A DNA stretch of 64,000 nucleotides, from NCBI GenBank assembly GCA_035526585.1, contig DATLCC010000065.1:11581-75580 (forward strand), given 5' to 3'. The notes under the pieces are model-generated. The model was not told the origin of the DNA, did no database searches, and worked only from the letters and a program-made list of their open reading frames with translations. Position numbers and translations under genes: made by a program. The stretch comes from Thermoplasmatota archaeon (GTDB lineage Archaea > Thermoplasmatota > SW-10-69-26 > JACQPN01 > JAJPHT01). Positions 1 through 8,689 of the stretch are shown here, in pieces (positions within the stretch are counted from its first letter, which is position 1; each line of letters begins with the position of its first letter).

Positions 1-131
1 GCAGCGAGGGCGCCGCCGGCGCTCGTGCCGTACACCGCGTCGGGGACGAAGCCCGCGGCCTGCAACGACGCGAGCGCGCCGGTCGCGTAGGCGGCGCGGT
101 TCGCTCCTCCCTCGACGACGAGCGCGGGCAC
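1..131 (-). CDS. Patatin-like phospholipase, N-terminal part (runs off the window)
   Basis: Manual translation from GTG at 131 gives VPALVVEGGANRAAYATGALASLQAAGFVPDAVYGTSAGGALA, with the glycine-rich GGxxR oxyanion motif and GTSAG nucleophile elbow. Confidence 0.85.
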   Translation of the reverse strand, partial: MPALVVEGGANRAAYATGALASLQAAGFVPDAVYGTSAGGALA

Positions 132-249
132 AGCGCGCGATGGTCGCTGTCGGGTCAAGAGCGTTGCGCCGGCGCGCCCTCTTGAAGCCGAAGCCTGCGA
201 GAGGTGCACGATGGCAACGATGATGTGAGCGGGCTGAGGTGCGCGACGC

Positions 250-615
250 ATGGACGAGTCCTTCTTCAAGCAGGCCTACGAGCGCGACGCGACGAACAAG
301 GCGAAGCAGTCGTGGAGCGACTACTGGGGCTGGGTCAAGACGTTCTACGCGGGGAAGTCGTTCCCGCCGGTCCCTGGCTGGAGCGCGCGCGAGAAGGATC
401 TCGTCGCGAAGGCGCCCGCGCAGCGCGAGGCCATCGAGCGCACGGGCCGCGCGCTCGCCGCCGAGTGGGCGAAGGACAACAGCGTTCGCAAGGTCGCGAC
501 TTCCGACCTCCAGGCGTGGGGGAAACGCTTCAGCGACGCCGCGAAGACGTCCGACGGGCTCGCCGCTGCGCTCGCCGAGGTCGAAGGGGAATTGAAAAAG
601 CGCGGCGCGATCTAG
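250..615 (+). CDS. Hypothetical protein, Trp-rich, 121 aa
   Basis: Protein-like composition and GC3-biased codons (MDESFFKQAYERD...EWAKDNSVRKV); family not recognised. Confidence 0.75.
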   Translation: MDESFFKQAYERDATNKAKQSWSDYWGWVKTFYAGKSFPPVPGWSAREKDLVAKAPAQREAIERTGRALAAEWAKDNSVRKVATSDLQAWGKRFSDAAKTSDGLAAALAEVEGELKKRGAI

Positions 616-734
616 CGCCGCGAGGAAGACACAGAGGAAGGCGAAATGGGAGGACGACGGGAGCGGACGCAGATCGGGACGACGACGATGTCGTCTCGCC
701 GTCCCGCTCCCGCTTCCGCCTCCTCTTCCGGTCG

Positions 735-1307
735 TCAACAGAGCGAGAGGTCCGCGTAGACGCAGGCGTTCAGGTCGTCGTTCCCCGTGAAGGGCGCGAC
801 GGCCGGGACGAAGACGTCCTGTCCGGTCTCGGCCTCGATCTGCGCGATCGTTTCCCACGTCGCGCCGTCGAGGTCGCCAAGCTCGCTTTCATCGAAGTCG
901 AACTCGCATTCGGTCTGCACTCCGGCCGCGTCGCAGATGTCCTGCGTGCCGACGACGCTCGCGTCGACGTCGACGCCGTTCGATTCGGCGTAGACGTCCA
1001 CATTGGCGTCCACGTCGGTGTGGACGTGGAGCATCTCTTCGATGTCGTCGACGAAGGCGCTCAGGCAGAGGCTGAACCAGAGCCAGAACCCCTTCTCGCT
1101 GTCTTCGTGTGCGTAGGAAGCGTCCGTGTCGGCGAGCGCTTCCGTCTCGTTCTCATCGATCAGGCCTGCATCGACGCTGTGATACGAATCGTTCGCATCT
1201 CCCGGACCGTCCGGGTCGCAATCGGGGCAGGGCGCATTTTGCGCCGCCGCGGCGCCTGCGAGGAGCAGGAGCCCGGCGAGCACGATGAGCGTGGTGTAGC
1301 CGCGCAT
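735..1307 (-). CDS. Secreted acidic Cys-containing hypothetical protein
   Basis: Signal peptide MRGYTTLIVLAGLLLLAGAAAA, then CPDC and an Asp/Glu-rich mature part; start moved to ATG 1307. Confidence 0.75.
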   Translation of the reverse strand: MRGYTTLIVLAGLLLLAGAAAAQNAPCPDCDPDGPGDANDSYHSVDAGLIDENETEALADTDASYAHEDSEKGFWLWFSLCLSAFVDDIEEMLHVHTDVDANVDVYAESNGVDVDASVVGTQDICDAAGVQTECEFDFDESELGDLDGATWETIAQIEAETGQDVFVPAVAPFTGNDDLNACVYADLSLC

Positions 1308-1382
1308 CGGCCGCTCGTACTCGGGACCGGATATCACCGCACTGGTTCAGCGCGGGAAGGGAGCGGCGGCGTCAGGGATGCT

Positions 1383-1967
1383 TCAAGGACGGAGCTTCGC
1401 GGCGAGCGCCGCCTTGGCTTCGGGCCACTCGCGATCGATGAAGCTGAAGTAGGGCGAGTCGCGGAGGTTCCCATGCACGTCGCGTCGGTGGTTGCGGAGG
1501 ATCCCTTCGAAGGTCGCGCCCAGCGCCGCGATGGCCTCGCGGCTGCGCGTGTTGCGCGCGTCGGTGACGATCTGGATGCGCGCGAGGCCCATCGCCTCGA
1601 ACCCGTGGGAAAGGAGCAGGAGCTTCGCCTCGCGGTTGGCGCCGGAGCGTCGGAACGGCGCGACCATCCACGTATGGCCGATCTCCGCGCAGCGATCCTT
1701 CTCGCTCCAGTCGAAGAGGCTCGTCGATCCCATGACGTGGCCGTTCTCCGGGTCGCGCAGCAGGAACGGGATCGCCTTCCCCGCGGGCCGGTCCGTCTGG
1801 CGATCCAGGATCCACTGCCGCATCGCAGCCACGCCGCGCGGCGCGGTCGAGGTCCAGCGGAAGACATCGTCGTCGGGAGCGATGGCCGCCGCGAGCGCCT
1901 CCGCGTGCTCGACGCGCAGCGGCTCCAGCGTCACGCGGCGGCCCTTGAGGACGATGCTGTGCTCCAC
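1383..1967 (-). CDS. GNAT N-acetyltransferase, RimJ/RimL family
   Basis: LKGRRVTLEPL start, AEIGHTW, RRSGANREAK, NTRSREAIAALGATFEGILR motifs; likely GTG start at 1967. Confidence 0.9.
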   Translation of the reverse strand: MEHSIVLKGRRVTLEPLRVEHAEALAAAIAPDDDVFRWTSTAPRGVAAMRQWILDRQTDRPAGKAIPFLLRDPENGHVMGSTSLFDWSEKDRCAEIGHTWMVAPFRRSGANREAKLLLLSHGFEAMGLARIQIVTDARNTRSREAIAALGATFEGILRNHRRDVHGNLRDSPYFSFIDREWPEAKAALAAKLRP

Positions 1968-2200
1968 GGGTCTGGAGCAGAGGCCATCCCCCTGAAGCTT
2001 TGCGAGACACGTGACACAAGTTGTCGGCGGACGCGCGAGCCAGGGTGGTCTTCTTCGGGATGGGGTCCGGGGTAGGGACGGGCGAAGGCCGACGGTCGAG
2101 CCGAGACCTTTGTCCATCCCCTTCCCCATCCCGACCCCGAAAGAGACACCGTTGGCACGGGTGCAACATTTTCAAGCGCGGCTGTGCTGCGGCTCATCCC

Positions 2201-3181
2201 ATGCCCCCTCTGCTGCGGCCCGACAGGATGGGGATCGCCGCCGCCGCCCTTGCGCTTCGCAACGGGAAGCTCGTCGTCTTCCCCACGGAGACGGTGTATG
2301 GGGTCGGCGCGCACGCGCTGGATGCCGAGGCGGTGCGTCGGATCTTCGACGCGAAGGGGCGCCCCGCGGACAACCCGCTCATCGTCCACGTGGCCGACGT
2401 CGCCGCCGCGAGGGCGCTCGCGCGCTCGTGGCCCGCGGCCGCGGAGACGCTCGCGCGCGCGTTCTGGCCCGGGCCGCTGACGCTCGTGCTTCCGCGCGCG
2501 CCGGGCGTGCCCGACGTCACGACGGGCGGCCTCGACAGCGTCGCCCTGCGCGTCCCGAGCCACGGCGTCGCCCGGATGCTGCTCGCCGCCGCGGGCGTCC
2601 CCGTCGCCGCGCCCAGCGCGAACCGCAGCGGACGCCCGAGCCCCACGCGCGTGGAGGACGCGCTCCACGACCTGGGGGGCGCGGTGGAATGCTATCTCGA
2701 CGGCGGGCCCACCGACGTCGGGCTCGAGTCGACGGTCGTCGGCCTGCTGGACGCCGAGCCCACCATCCTGCGCCAGGGCGGCCTGCCGCGCGAGGCCATC
2801 GAGGCCGTCGTCGGGCCCGTGAGGGTCGCGACGCACGGCGACGTCGCGCGCGCGCCGGGGATGAAGCACCGGCACTACTCGCCGCGCGCGCGGCTCCACG
2901 TCGTGGATGGCCCCGCGGACGCGCTCGTGACGAAGCTGCGCGCCGAGGGGCGCCGCGTCGCGCACGTGGCGGGCGCCGAGCGCGGGCTCTCCGGCCCGGA
3001 TGCGCGCGCGCCCGGCCGCAGCGACGAGCCCGAGGCGTGGGCGCGCCAGATCTTCGCCCTGATGCGCGATCTCGACGGCGCGGGCTACGAGGACATCGTG
3101 GTCGAGGCGATCCCCGAGCGCGGCGTGGGTGCCGCGGTCATGGATCGGCTGCGCAGAGGCGCAGCGCGCGAAGGAGACTGA
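2201..3181 (+). CDS. sua5: L-threonylcarbamoyladenylate synthase Sua5 (YrdC plus SUA5 domain)
   Basis: FPTETVYG, KGRPADNPLIVH, PSANRSG and APGMKHRHYSP linker motifs. Confidence 0.95.
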   Translation: MPPLLRPDRMGIAAAALALRNGKLVVFPTETVYGVGAHALDAEAVRRIFDAKGRPADNPLIVHVADVAAARALARSWPAAAETLARAFWPGPLTLVLPRAPGVPDVTTGGLDSVALRVPSHGVARMLLAAAGVPVAAPSANRSGRPSPTRVEDALHDLGGAVECYLDGGPTDVGLESTVVGLLDAEPTILRQGGLPREAIEAVVGPVRVATHGDVARAPGMKHRHYSPRARLHVVDGPADALVTKLRAEGRRVAHVAGAERGLSGPDARAPGRSDEPEAWARQIFALMRDLDGAGYEDIVVEAIPERGVGAAVMDRLRRGAAREGD

Positions 3182-3535
3182 GACCCCTGCCGCACGGGAG
3201 GTTGGGGGAGGCGTTTGAGAAATGGGGCGGCAGGGGTCGGGGAGGCGTTGACGCATGGGACGATGGCGCTCGTCGGGGCGGGGGACGCCCCACGACCGCG
3301 ATGGTTCCCGACCGGAGGAGGTTCGTGCGGTGCAAGAGGGCGACCGAAGGACCGTGGGGAGTTGCAGCCCATCGGCTCTCCTTTCCGGAGTTCGTCGAGT
3401 CGCTGGAAAGGGGTCGGTGCGAACCGGAGGAGGCGAGGGTGTGCCGGGGCGCCGACCGGGAGCGTCAGCGGACCTTGAGTTGAGGGTGCAAAGCCAACCG
3501 CGCGGCGGGCGCGGCACCCCGGCGGCGCCCCTACT
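3182..3535 (-). ncRNA. Candidate structured small RNA with C-rich anti-SD loops
   Basis: About 400-nt gap with no convincing ORF. It has a 12-bp stem (3182-3193/3227-3238), further stems, cUUCGg loops on the minus strand and five CCTCC-containing motifs. Confidence 0.35.
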
Positions 3536-3584
3536 GCCGACCTCGGTATTTGGAGCTTGTGAGGGCCTCGCCGAAGGGGCTCTT

Positions 3585-3600
3585 GTAACCGTTTGGTTAC
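3585..3600. promoter_or_regulatory. Palindromic operator GTAACC-N4-GGTTAC (copy 1)
   Basis: gtaaccgtttggttac; near-identical boxes at 37779 and 47031, all intergenic. Confidence 0.65.
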
Positions 3601-3609
3601 GGGTCGCGG

Positions 3610-4119
3610 TCAGCCGTACATGACCATGGCGGAGAGCTCGTAGTTGGCGAGCCCGACGCTCGGGAGGGGCGCCTGGCTGCCGGCGACCGCCTGGAGCGTA
3701 TACGTCCCGGGGGCGGGCAGGTCCGCGGAGGTGAACGACCAGTCCACGGCGTTCCCGCTCCCGCCCAGGCCCAGCGTGTCGGAGATGACCTCGTTGCCGT
3801 CGGGGTCGATGAGCTGCAGGTTCACGTGCGCCGTGGGGGGTGCCCCGGCCTGCGCCCCGGTCAGCGCGAAGTGGATCATCGCGCTCGTGAAGGCCACGTT
3901 CTCCACCTCGATGCTCCAGCTCTGGCTGAACGGGCCCACGATCGGTCCGCTCTCCGTGATGTTGAAGTCCGAGATGTTGGCGCTGGCGGTCCCGTTGCCG
4001 CCCGACCCCGTGGGCGTCGTCGGTGTCGGGGTGGCGTCCTCGCCCTTCTTCGTGCAGCCCGACACGAGCGCGGTCGCGAGGAGGAGCGTGGCGAAAAGGA
4101 CCCAGCTGCGGCGCACCAT
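3610..4119 (-). CDS. Predicted lipoprotein with PT linker and beta-rich domain
   Basis: MVRRSWVLFATLLLATALVSGC lipobox followed by a TPTPTTPT linker. Confidence 0.8.
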   Translation of the reverse strand: MVRRSWVLFATLLLATALVSGCTKKGEDATPTPTTPTGSGGNGTASANISDFNITESGPIVGPFSQSWSIEVENVAFTSAMIHFALTGAQAGAPPTAHVNLQLIDPDGNEVISDTLGLGGSGNAVDWSFTSADLPAPGTYTLQAVAGSQAPLPSVGLANYELSAMVMYG

Positions 4120-4142
4120 CGTCCGAGCGAGGAGGCGGGCCT

Positions 4143-4862
4143 CTATGAGCGTTGTCCTTCGGGCCCTGTGGGCCATCGGGCCGTAAGCCAGGCGAACCCC
4201 GTCGCGCGGTCGCCCGGCGCGAGGTGGGCCGCGTGCCGCGACGCGACGGGGAATGCGAGGCCGTTCTGGAAGGCGAGATCGAGCACCTCGCCCGCGCCGG
4301 CCCTGTGCACCGCGCGCACGTCGGCCTCGAACGAGTAGTCGTCGGGAAGGAAGCGCGCGTCCATCGCGCCCGCGGGCTTCAGCCGGCTCGGCCCCGCCGC
4401 GAGGGGCGCCCGGTCCATCGTGTAGGCCAGCCCGCCGACCTCGAGCGCGATCTCGCCTCGGGCCCGCTGATAACGTTCCGCGTTCTCGACGAGGTCGGTG
4501 AGGAAGAGGGTGAGCGCGCCCGCGCCCTCGTGCTCGACCACGAGCCACGCCTCGACGCGCGTCTCCCAGAGGTGCAGCTCGCGCGGCCGCACGTGGACGA
4601 GCGCGGTCGCCCGCGGCTCGGGGTACGCGGTGACGAGGCGCGCCACCGAGCGCGGGTCGTCCCCCTTCGCGCGCCGCGCGGTGACCTGCACCATGTCGAG
4701 CGCCTCGGTGAGCGGCTGCCGGTGCGCGTGCACGCCGGGCGGCGCGTCGGTGGGGATCGCGACGACGTCGGCGAGGCGCGGATCGTCCTGCTCGAGCGCA
4801 GCGAGCCAGTGATCGCCGTGGCCGGGCCGCGTTCGTCCCGAGGTCAAGAAAGCACGCTCCAC
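4143..4862 (-). CDS. Hypothetical protein
   Basis: Globular composition in the C-terminal 240 aa of the ORF (PGHGDHW, LVTAYP, LWETRVEAW); start uncertain. Confidence 0.65.
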   Translation of the reverse strand: MERAFLTSGRTRPGHGDHWLAALEQDDPRLADVVAIPTDAPPGVHAHRQPLTEALDMVQVTARRAKGDDPRSVARLVTAYPEPRATALVHVRPRELHLWETRVEAWLVVEHEGAGALTLFLTDLVENAERYQRARGEIALEVGGLAYTMDRAPLAAGPSRLKPAGAMDARFLPDDYSFEADVRAVHRAGAGEVLDLAFQNGLAFPVASRHAAHLAPGDRATGFAWLTARWPTGPEGQRS

Positions 4863-4915
4863 GTCGTCGCTCTGAGATCGAAGGACTCTGGGGGGTGAAC
4901 CCCCCAGACCCCCAT

Positions 4916-5347
4916 TCAGGCCTTCACGATCTCGTCCACGCGCACCTCGAAGGTGAGCGCCTGGCCGGCGAGGTGGTGGTTGAGATCGACCGTGACGCTC
5001 GTGTCGTCGAACGAGACGACGTCGGCGTGGTACACGTTCCCCGCCTCGTCCTCGAGGTCGAGGTGCTGCCCGACGGCGAGGTCGTCGCCTTCGAAGAGCT
5101 TCCGATCGAGCTTCGTGACGAGGCGCTCGTCGCGCGGGCCGTACGCCTCCTCGGGCGCGATGCGGACCGTGCGCGTCTCGCCTTCGCCAAGGCCGAGGAC
5201 GGCCGTCTCGAAGCCGGAGATGACCTGTCCGGCGCCCACCGTGAACTCGAGCGCCTCGTCCCCCTCGAGGTTGCTGTCGAACACGTCGCCGTTGTCGAGT
5301 CGGCCGGTGTAGCGGACGGCGACGGTGTCGCCCTTTTCCACCTTCAT
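4916..5347 (-). CDS. slyD: FKBP-type peptidyl-prolyl isomerase, SlyD-like
   Basis: KGDTVAVRYTGRLDNGDVFDS, PEEAYG, DLNHHLAGQALTF; TTTATGTA box about 25 nt upstream. Confidence 0.93.
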   Translation of the reverse strand: MKVEKGDTVAVRYTGRLDNGDVFDSNLEGDEALEFTVGAGQVISGFETAVLGLGEGETRTVRIAPEEAYGPRDERLVTKLDRKLFEGDDLAVGQHLDLEDEAGNVYHADVVSFDDTSVTVDLNHHLAGQALTFEVRVDEIVKA

Positions 5348-5431
5348 GTTCGGTCGTACGCGGGTCTCGTACATAAAGCGCCCGGAGCGCGAGCACAAGC
5401 GACTTGAGGGGCGCCGTTCCCTCGCGCTCCT

Positions 5432-6190
5432 GTGCGTACGTGGCTCCTCGTCGTCGCGCTCGTGGCCGCCCCGATCGGCGGCTGCCTGGGAGCGAAGGAC
5501 GACGGCGCCCGCCTGGCGCACCCCACGGACAAGGTGCCGCTGCCGCCCCGCGTCACGCCGCAGGCGCCGACGACCGCCTACAACTTCTCGGATCCGGGCT
5601 ATCGCGTGACGGGAGCGTGGAAGGCGGGCGACGGATGGGACTATGAATCCAACCAGTCGCACTTCCGTCGCGTCCGCGTGCTCGACGTTCGCACGCAGAA
5701 CGGCGGCCCCGTCTACGTCGTGGAGGAGAGGACGGGCGACGTCGGTCAGCCCGCAGCGGAGCGGACCGTCTCCTGGATCGACGGCCGCCAATGGCTCCTC
5801 CTCAACACGACGCGGGATGACGGCGGCCCCGCCGATCGATATCAGCCGGGCGTGGCGACCCGCTTCTGGAAGAACGGAAGCTTCTCCTACAACCACTCGA
5901 GCGTGCAAGCCTCGGGCCGGACGAGCGCGGAGGGATCGGTGACCGTCCAGTCGCGCCTCGCGGGCACCCACACGACGATCCTCTTTCCTTGGGGCTATCT
6001 CGAGGCGAAGAAGGTCGAGCAGGCCGCGTACGGGCGCGACGCGGCCGGGAACCGCAGCTACGCGCTCACGACGCACTACGTGCACCGCGACTACTTGAAC
6101 GACGTGCAGTATCAGCTTCCGGGCGGCGAGCTTTTCAAGCTCACCGCCGTGAAGGCGGGCGACTTCCGCCGCGGAAAGCTATCGACCTAG
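5432..6190 (+). CDS. Predicted lipoprotein, beta-rich
   Basis: MRTWLLVVALVAAPIGGC lipobox; WKAGDGWDYE beta-strand start. Confidence 0.75.
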   Translation: MRTWLLVVALVAAPIGGCLGAKDDGARLAHPTDKVPLPPRVTPQAPTTAYNFSDPGYRVTGAWKAGDGWDYESNQSHFRRVRVLDVRTQNGGPVYVVEERTGDVGQPAAERTVSWIDGRQWLLLNTTRDDGGPADRYQPGVATRFWKNGSFSYNHSSVQASGRTSAEGSVTVQSRLAGTHTTILFPWGYLEAKKVEQAAYGRDAAGNRSYALTTHYVHRDYLNDVQYQLPGGELFKLTAVKAGDFRRGKLST

Positions 6191-7315
6191 GAAGCTCAAC
6201 AGGCCGAACGTCAGCGCCGTGTAGAGGACCGCGCCGCCGATCACGACGCCCAGCAGGAACTTCCAAAGCCGCATCTTCATGCTGCCGAAGACGTAGAGGG
6301 CGACCGCATCCGGGAGACCGGGCGTCGCGATGAAGACCGCGACGCCGAGGATGCCCAGTCGCTGCGCGAACCGCTCGCACTTGTCCAGCGCGGTGCGCAG
6401 CCACGGTCGCGTCTCCGCCTTCGCGCGCAACTTCTCGTTCACCTCGTCGCCGAGGAAGAAGACCATCCAGGCCGCGAGCACCTTCGCGAGGAGCGTGACG
6501 AGGATCGCGAAGACGGGGCCGATCGCGAGGGAGGCGGCGAAGAGGATCGGCTCGATGGGGAGCGGCAGCCCGATCGAGCCCACGAAGCCGTACAGGAAGA
6601 GGAAGAAGACGCTGCGCCATGCGCGCGCGAGGTCGGGCACGGCGAGGGTCACGACGAAGTGCGTGAGCATGAGCGTGCCGAGGATCGCGGCCACGCCGAC
6701 AAAGAGCGTCACCGCCTTCTGCTCGCCGTCCAGGTCGTGCGGATCGACGAGGCCGTGGCGGAAGCGGCGCCGCCCGTCGGCGGTCGAGAGGAAGGCGTAG
6801 GCGCGCCGCGCGGCGTTCGACAGCTTGTCCGGCACGGTCGCGACGCCGCGCGTGAGCGTCCGCGCGAAGCCCGCGAGGCGCGCCGTCGCGCGGTGGGCAG
6901 CGACCTCCGCCGGGTTCGAGGCGTCGTCGGCGCGCTGGTGCGCGTTCGCCTTGGCGTCCTCGAGCTTCTGGCCGATGAGCGAGCGCTCGGTCTCGATGAC
7001 GGGCGCCATGGCGCGCGTCGTCACGGCGAGGCGGTCCTCGAGCTCGAGGGTCCCGTCCTCATGCAGCCGCACGAGGAGCGGATTCTCCACGCGGACGCCT
7101 CCGCTCACGATCTCCGCCCCGGTCACGCACCAGACCGGCGGCCCTCGCTCGGCGTCACCGGGCGGACCGTCGCGGAGCACGTCCTCCCACCGGAAGGGCG
7201 GGTCGACCGTCCCGCTCGTGGGGGCCGGCTCGGTCCGCAGCGACACGCGCGTCCGGAGCCGAGAGCCGGGGCGCTCGTCATCGAAGGGGTGACGCGCGCG
7301 CTCGGTGCGATGCAC
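6179..7315 (-). CDS. DedA/VTT (SNARE-associated) membrane protein with N-terminal soluble domain
   Basis: LPLPIEPIL re-entrant helix, FIATPGLPD, MKMRLWKFLLG motifs; start uncertain (GTG 7315 or 7246). Confidence 0.8.
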   Translation of the reverse strand: MHRTERARHPFDDERPGSRLRTRVSLRTEPAPTSGTVDPPFRWEDVLRDGPPGDAERGPPVWCVTGAEIVSGGVRVENPLLVRLHEDGTLELEDRLAVTTRAMAPVIETERSLIGQKLEDAKANAHQRADDASNPAEVAAHRATARLAGFARTLTRGVATVPDKLSNAARRAYAFLSTADGRRRFRHGLVDPHDLDGEQKAVTLFVGVAAILGTLMLTHFVVTLAVPDLARAWRSVFFLFLYGFVGSIGLPLPIEPILFAASLAIGPVFAILVTLLAKVLAAWMVFFLGDEVNEKLRAKAETRPWLRTALDKCERFAQRLGILGVAVFIATPGLPDAVALYVFGSMKMRLWKFLLGVVIGGAVLYTALTFGLLSFLGR

Positions 7316-7400
7316 GACGTCGATGGGGGCGCAGCGATGCTGTGCATTGTGGCTGCATCGTCGTTGCGCAGGCGAGCAGATCCGCGTCCGCACGCAGAGA

Positions 7401-8147
7401 TCAAGGGGTGGGCCGGAGCCAGTCGTATCCGCGTTCTTCGAGCTTGAGCGCCAATTCGGGGCCGCCGCGCTGCACGACGCGCCCATCAAGCAGGACGGTG
7501 ACGTCCGTGGGCTTCACGTAGTTCAGGATCCTCTGATAGTGCGTGATGATGAGAACGCCCGTGTCCTGGGTCTTGAACGCGTTGATCCCGTCGGCGACGA
7601 CGCGGACCGCATCGATGTCCAGGCCGGAGTCGGGCTCGTCGAGGACGGCGATCGTGGGCTCCAGGACCGCCATCTGAAGCACTTCCAGGCGCTTCTTCTC
7701 GCCGCCGGAGAAGCCTTCGTTCACGTAGCGGCGCGCGAACTCCTTGGGCACGTTCATCTTCTGCATCTTCTCGAGGAAGTGCATGTTGAACTCGAGCGGC
7801 GTCAGGTCCTTCTGCTTCACGCCGTTGTACGCGGCGCGCAGGAAGTTCTGCACCGTGACGCCGGGGATGACGTGCGGATATTGGAAGGCGAGGAAGAGCC
7901 CCTTGCGGGCGCGCTCGTCGACGGGCATCTCCTTGACGCTGTGGCCCTTGACGAGGATGTCGCCCTTCGTGACCTCGTACTTCGGGTGCCCCATGAGCGT
8001 GTACGAGAGCGTGCTCTTGCCGCTCCCGTTGGGGCCCATGAGCGCGTGCACCTGGCCCTTGCGGACCTCGAGGTCCACGCCCTTGAGGATGGGCTTCCCT
8101 TCGACGCTGACGTGGAGGTCTCTGATCTCGAGCTCTGGGACTGACAT
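7401..8147 (-). CDS. sufC: Fe-S cluster assembly ATPase SufC
   Basis: GPNGSGKST, FLAFQYP, NEGFSGGEKKR, LDEPDSGLDID, IITHYQRIL. Confidence 0.97.
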   Translation of the reverse strand: MSVPELEIRDLHVSVEGKPILKGVDLEVRKGQVHALMGPNGSGKSTLSYTLMGHPKYEVTKGDILVKGHSVKEMPVDERARKGLFLAFQYPHVIPGVTVQNFLRAAYNGVKQKDLTPLEFNMHFLEKMQKMNVPKEFARRYVNEGFSGGEKKRLEVLQMAVLEPTIAVLDEPDSGLDIDAVRVVADGINAFKTQDTGVLIITHYQRILNYVKPTDVTVLLDGRVVQRGGPELALKLEERGYDWLRPTP

Positions 8148-8151
8148 GATA

Positions 8152-8589
8152 TCAACCTGGGGGGGGGGGGGGAGCCGCAGCCCCCCCGCTGGATAGCTTG
8201 CGTTCGTAGATCTCGACGCCTTCGCGGAGGACGGCGAGGCTGAGGAGCGCGCACTTGAGGCGCACGGGGCTGACGGGGATGCCGAGCATCTTCACGACGT
8301 CGTCGCGCTCGATCTTCTTGATGTCATCGAGCGTCTGGCCCTTGACGCGCGACGTGAGGAGGGACGCGCTCGCCTGCGAGATGGCGCAGCCGCGGCCGGA
8401 GAACTTGACGTCCTTGATCTTGTGCGCTGCATCCACGAGGAAGGTCAGGCGGATCTGGTCGCCACACAAGGGGTTGTTCGCCTCGTGGTCCACGTCCGCG
8501 GGGTCCAGCACGCCGAAGTTCCTCGGGTGCTTGTAGTGGTCGAGGATGTGCTCCCGGTACATGTCCTCGCCGCTGCCCGGAGCCGTCAC
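8152..8589 (-). CDS. sufU: SufU/IscU-type scaffold or sulfur transfer protein
   Basis: YREHILDHYKHPRN, NPLCGD, GCAISQASAS, RLKCALL; alternative ATG at 8562. Confidence 0.93.
   Translation of the reverse strand: MTAPGSGEDMYREHILDHYKHPRNFGVLDPADVDHEANNPLCGDQIRLTFLVDAAHKIKDVKFSGRGCAISQASASLLTSRVKGQTLDDIKKIERDDVVKMLGIPVSPVRLKCALLSLAVLREGVEIYERKLSSGGAAAPPPPPG
8159..8172. repeat. Poly-G14 homopolymer (C14 on the coding strand)
   Basis: Fourteen consecutive G, able to pair with C7 at 8181-8187. Confidence 0.85.
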
Positions 8590-8689
8590 TGGGATCCGCC
8601 TCCCGTCACCGCGGTAGGCACGCGATGGGCGCGATAGGACGCGACGTCCCCTCGCGTGCCTCGCGTCCTTTCCGGCGGTGCGGCTCCGA

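Noticed and set aside
3182..3545. RNase P RNA or SRP RNA
   Set aside because: GGTGCAAG is present, but the GAGGAAxxxC and ACAGAA P4 strands and the SRP helix 8 motif were not found.
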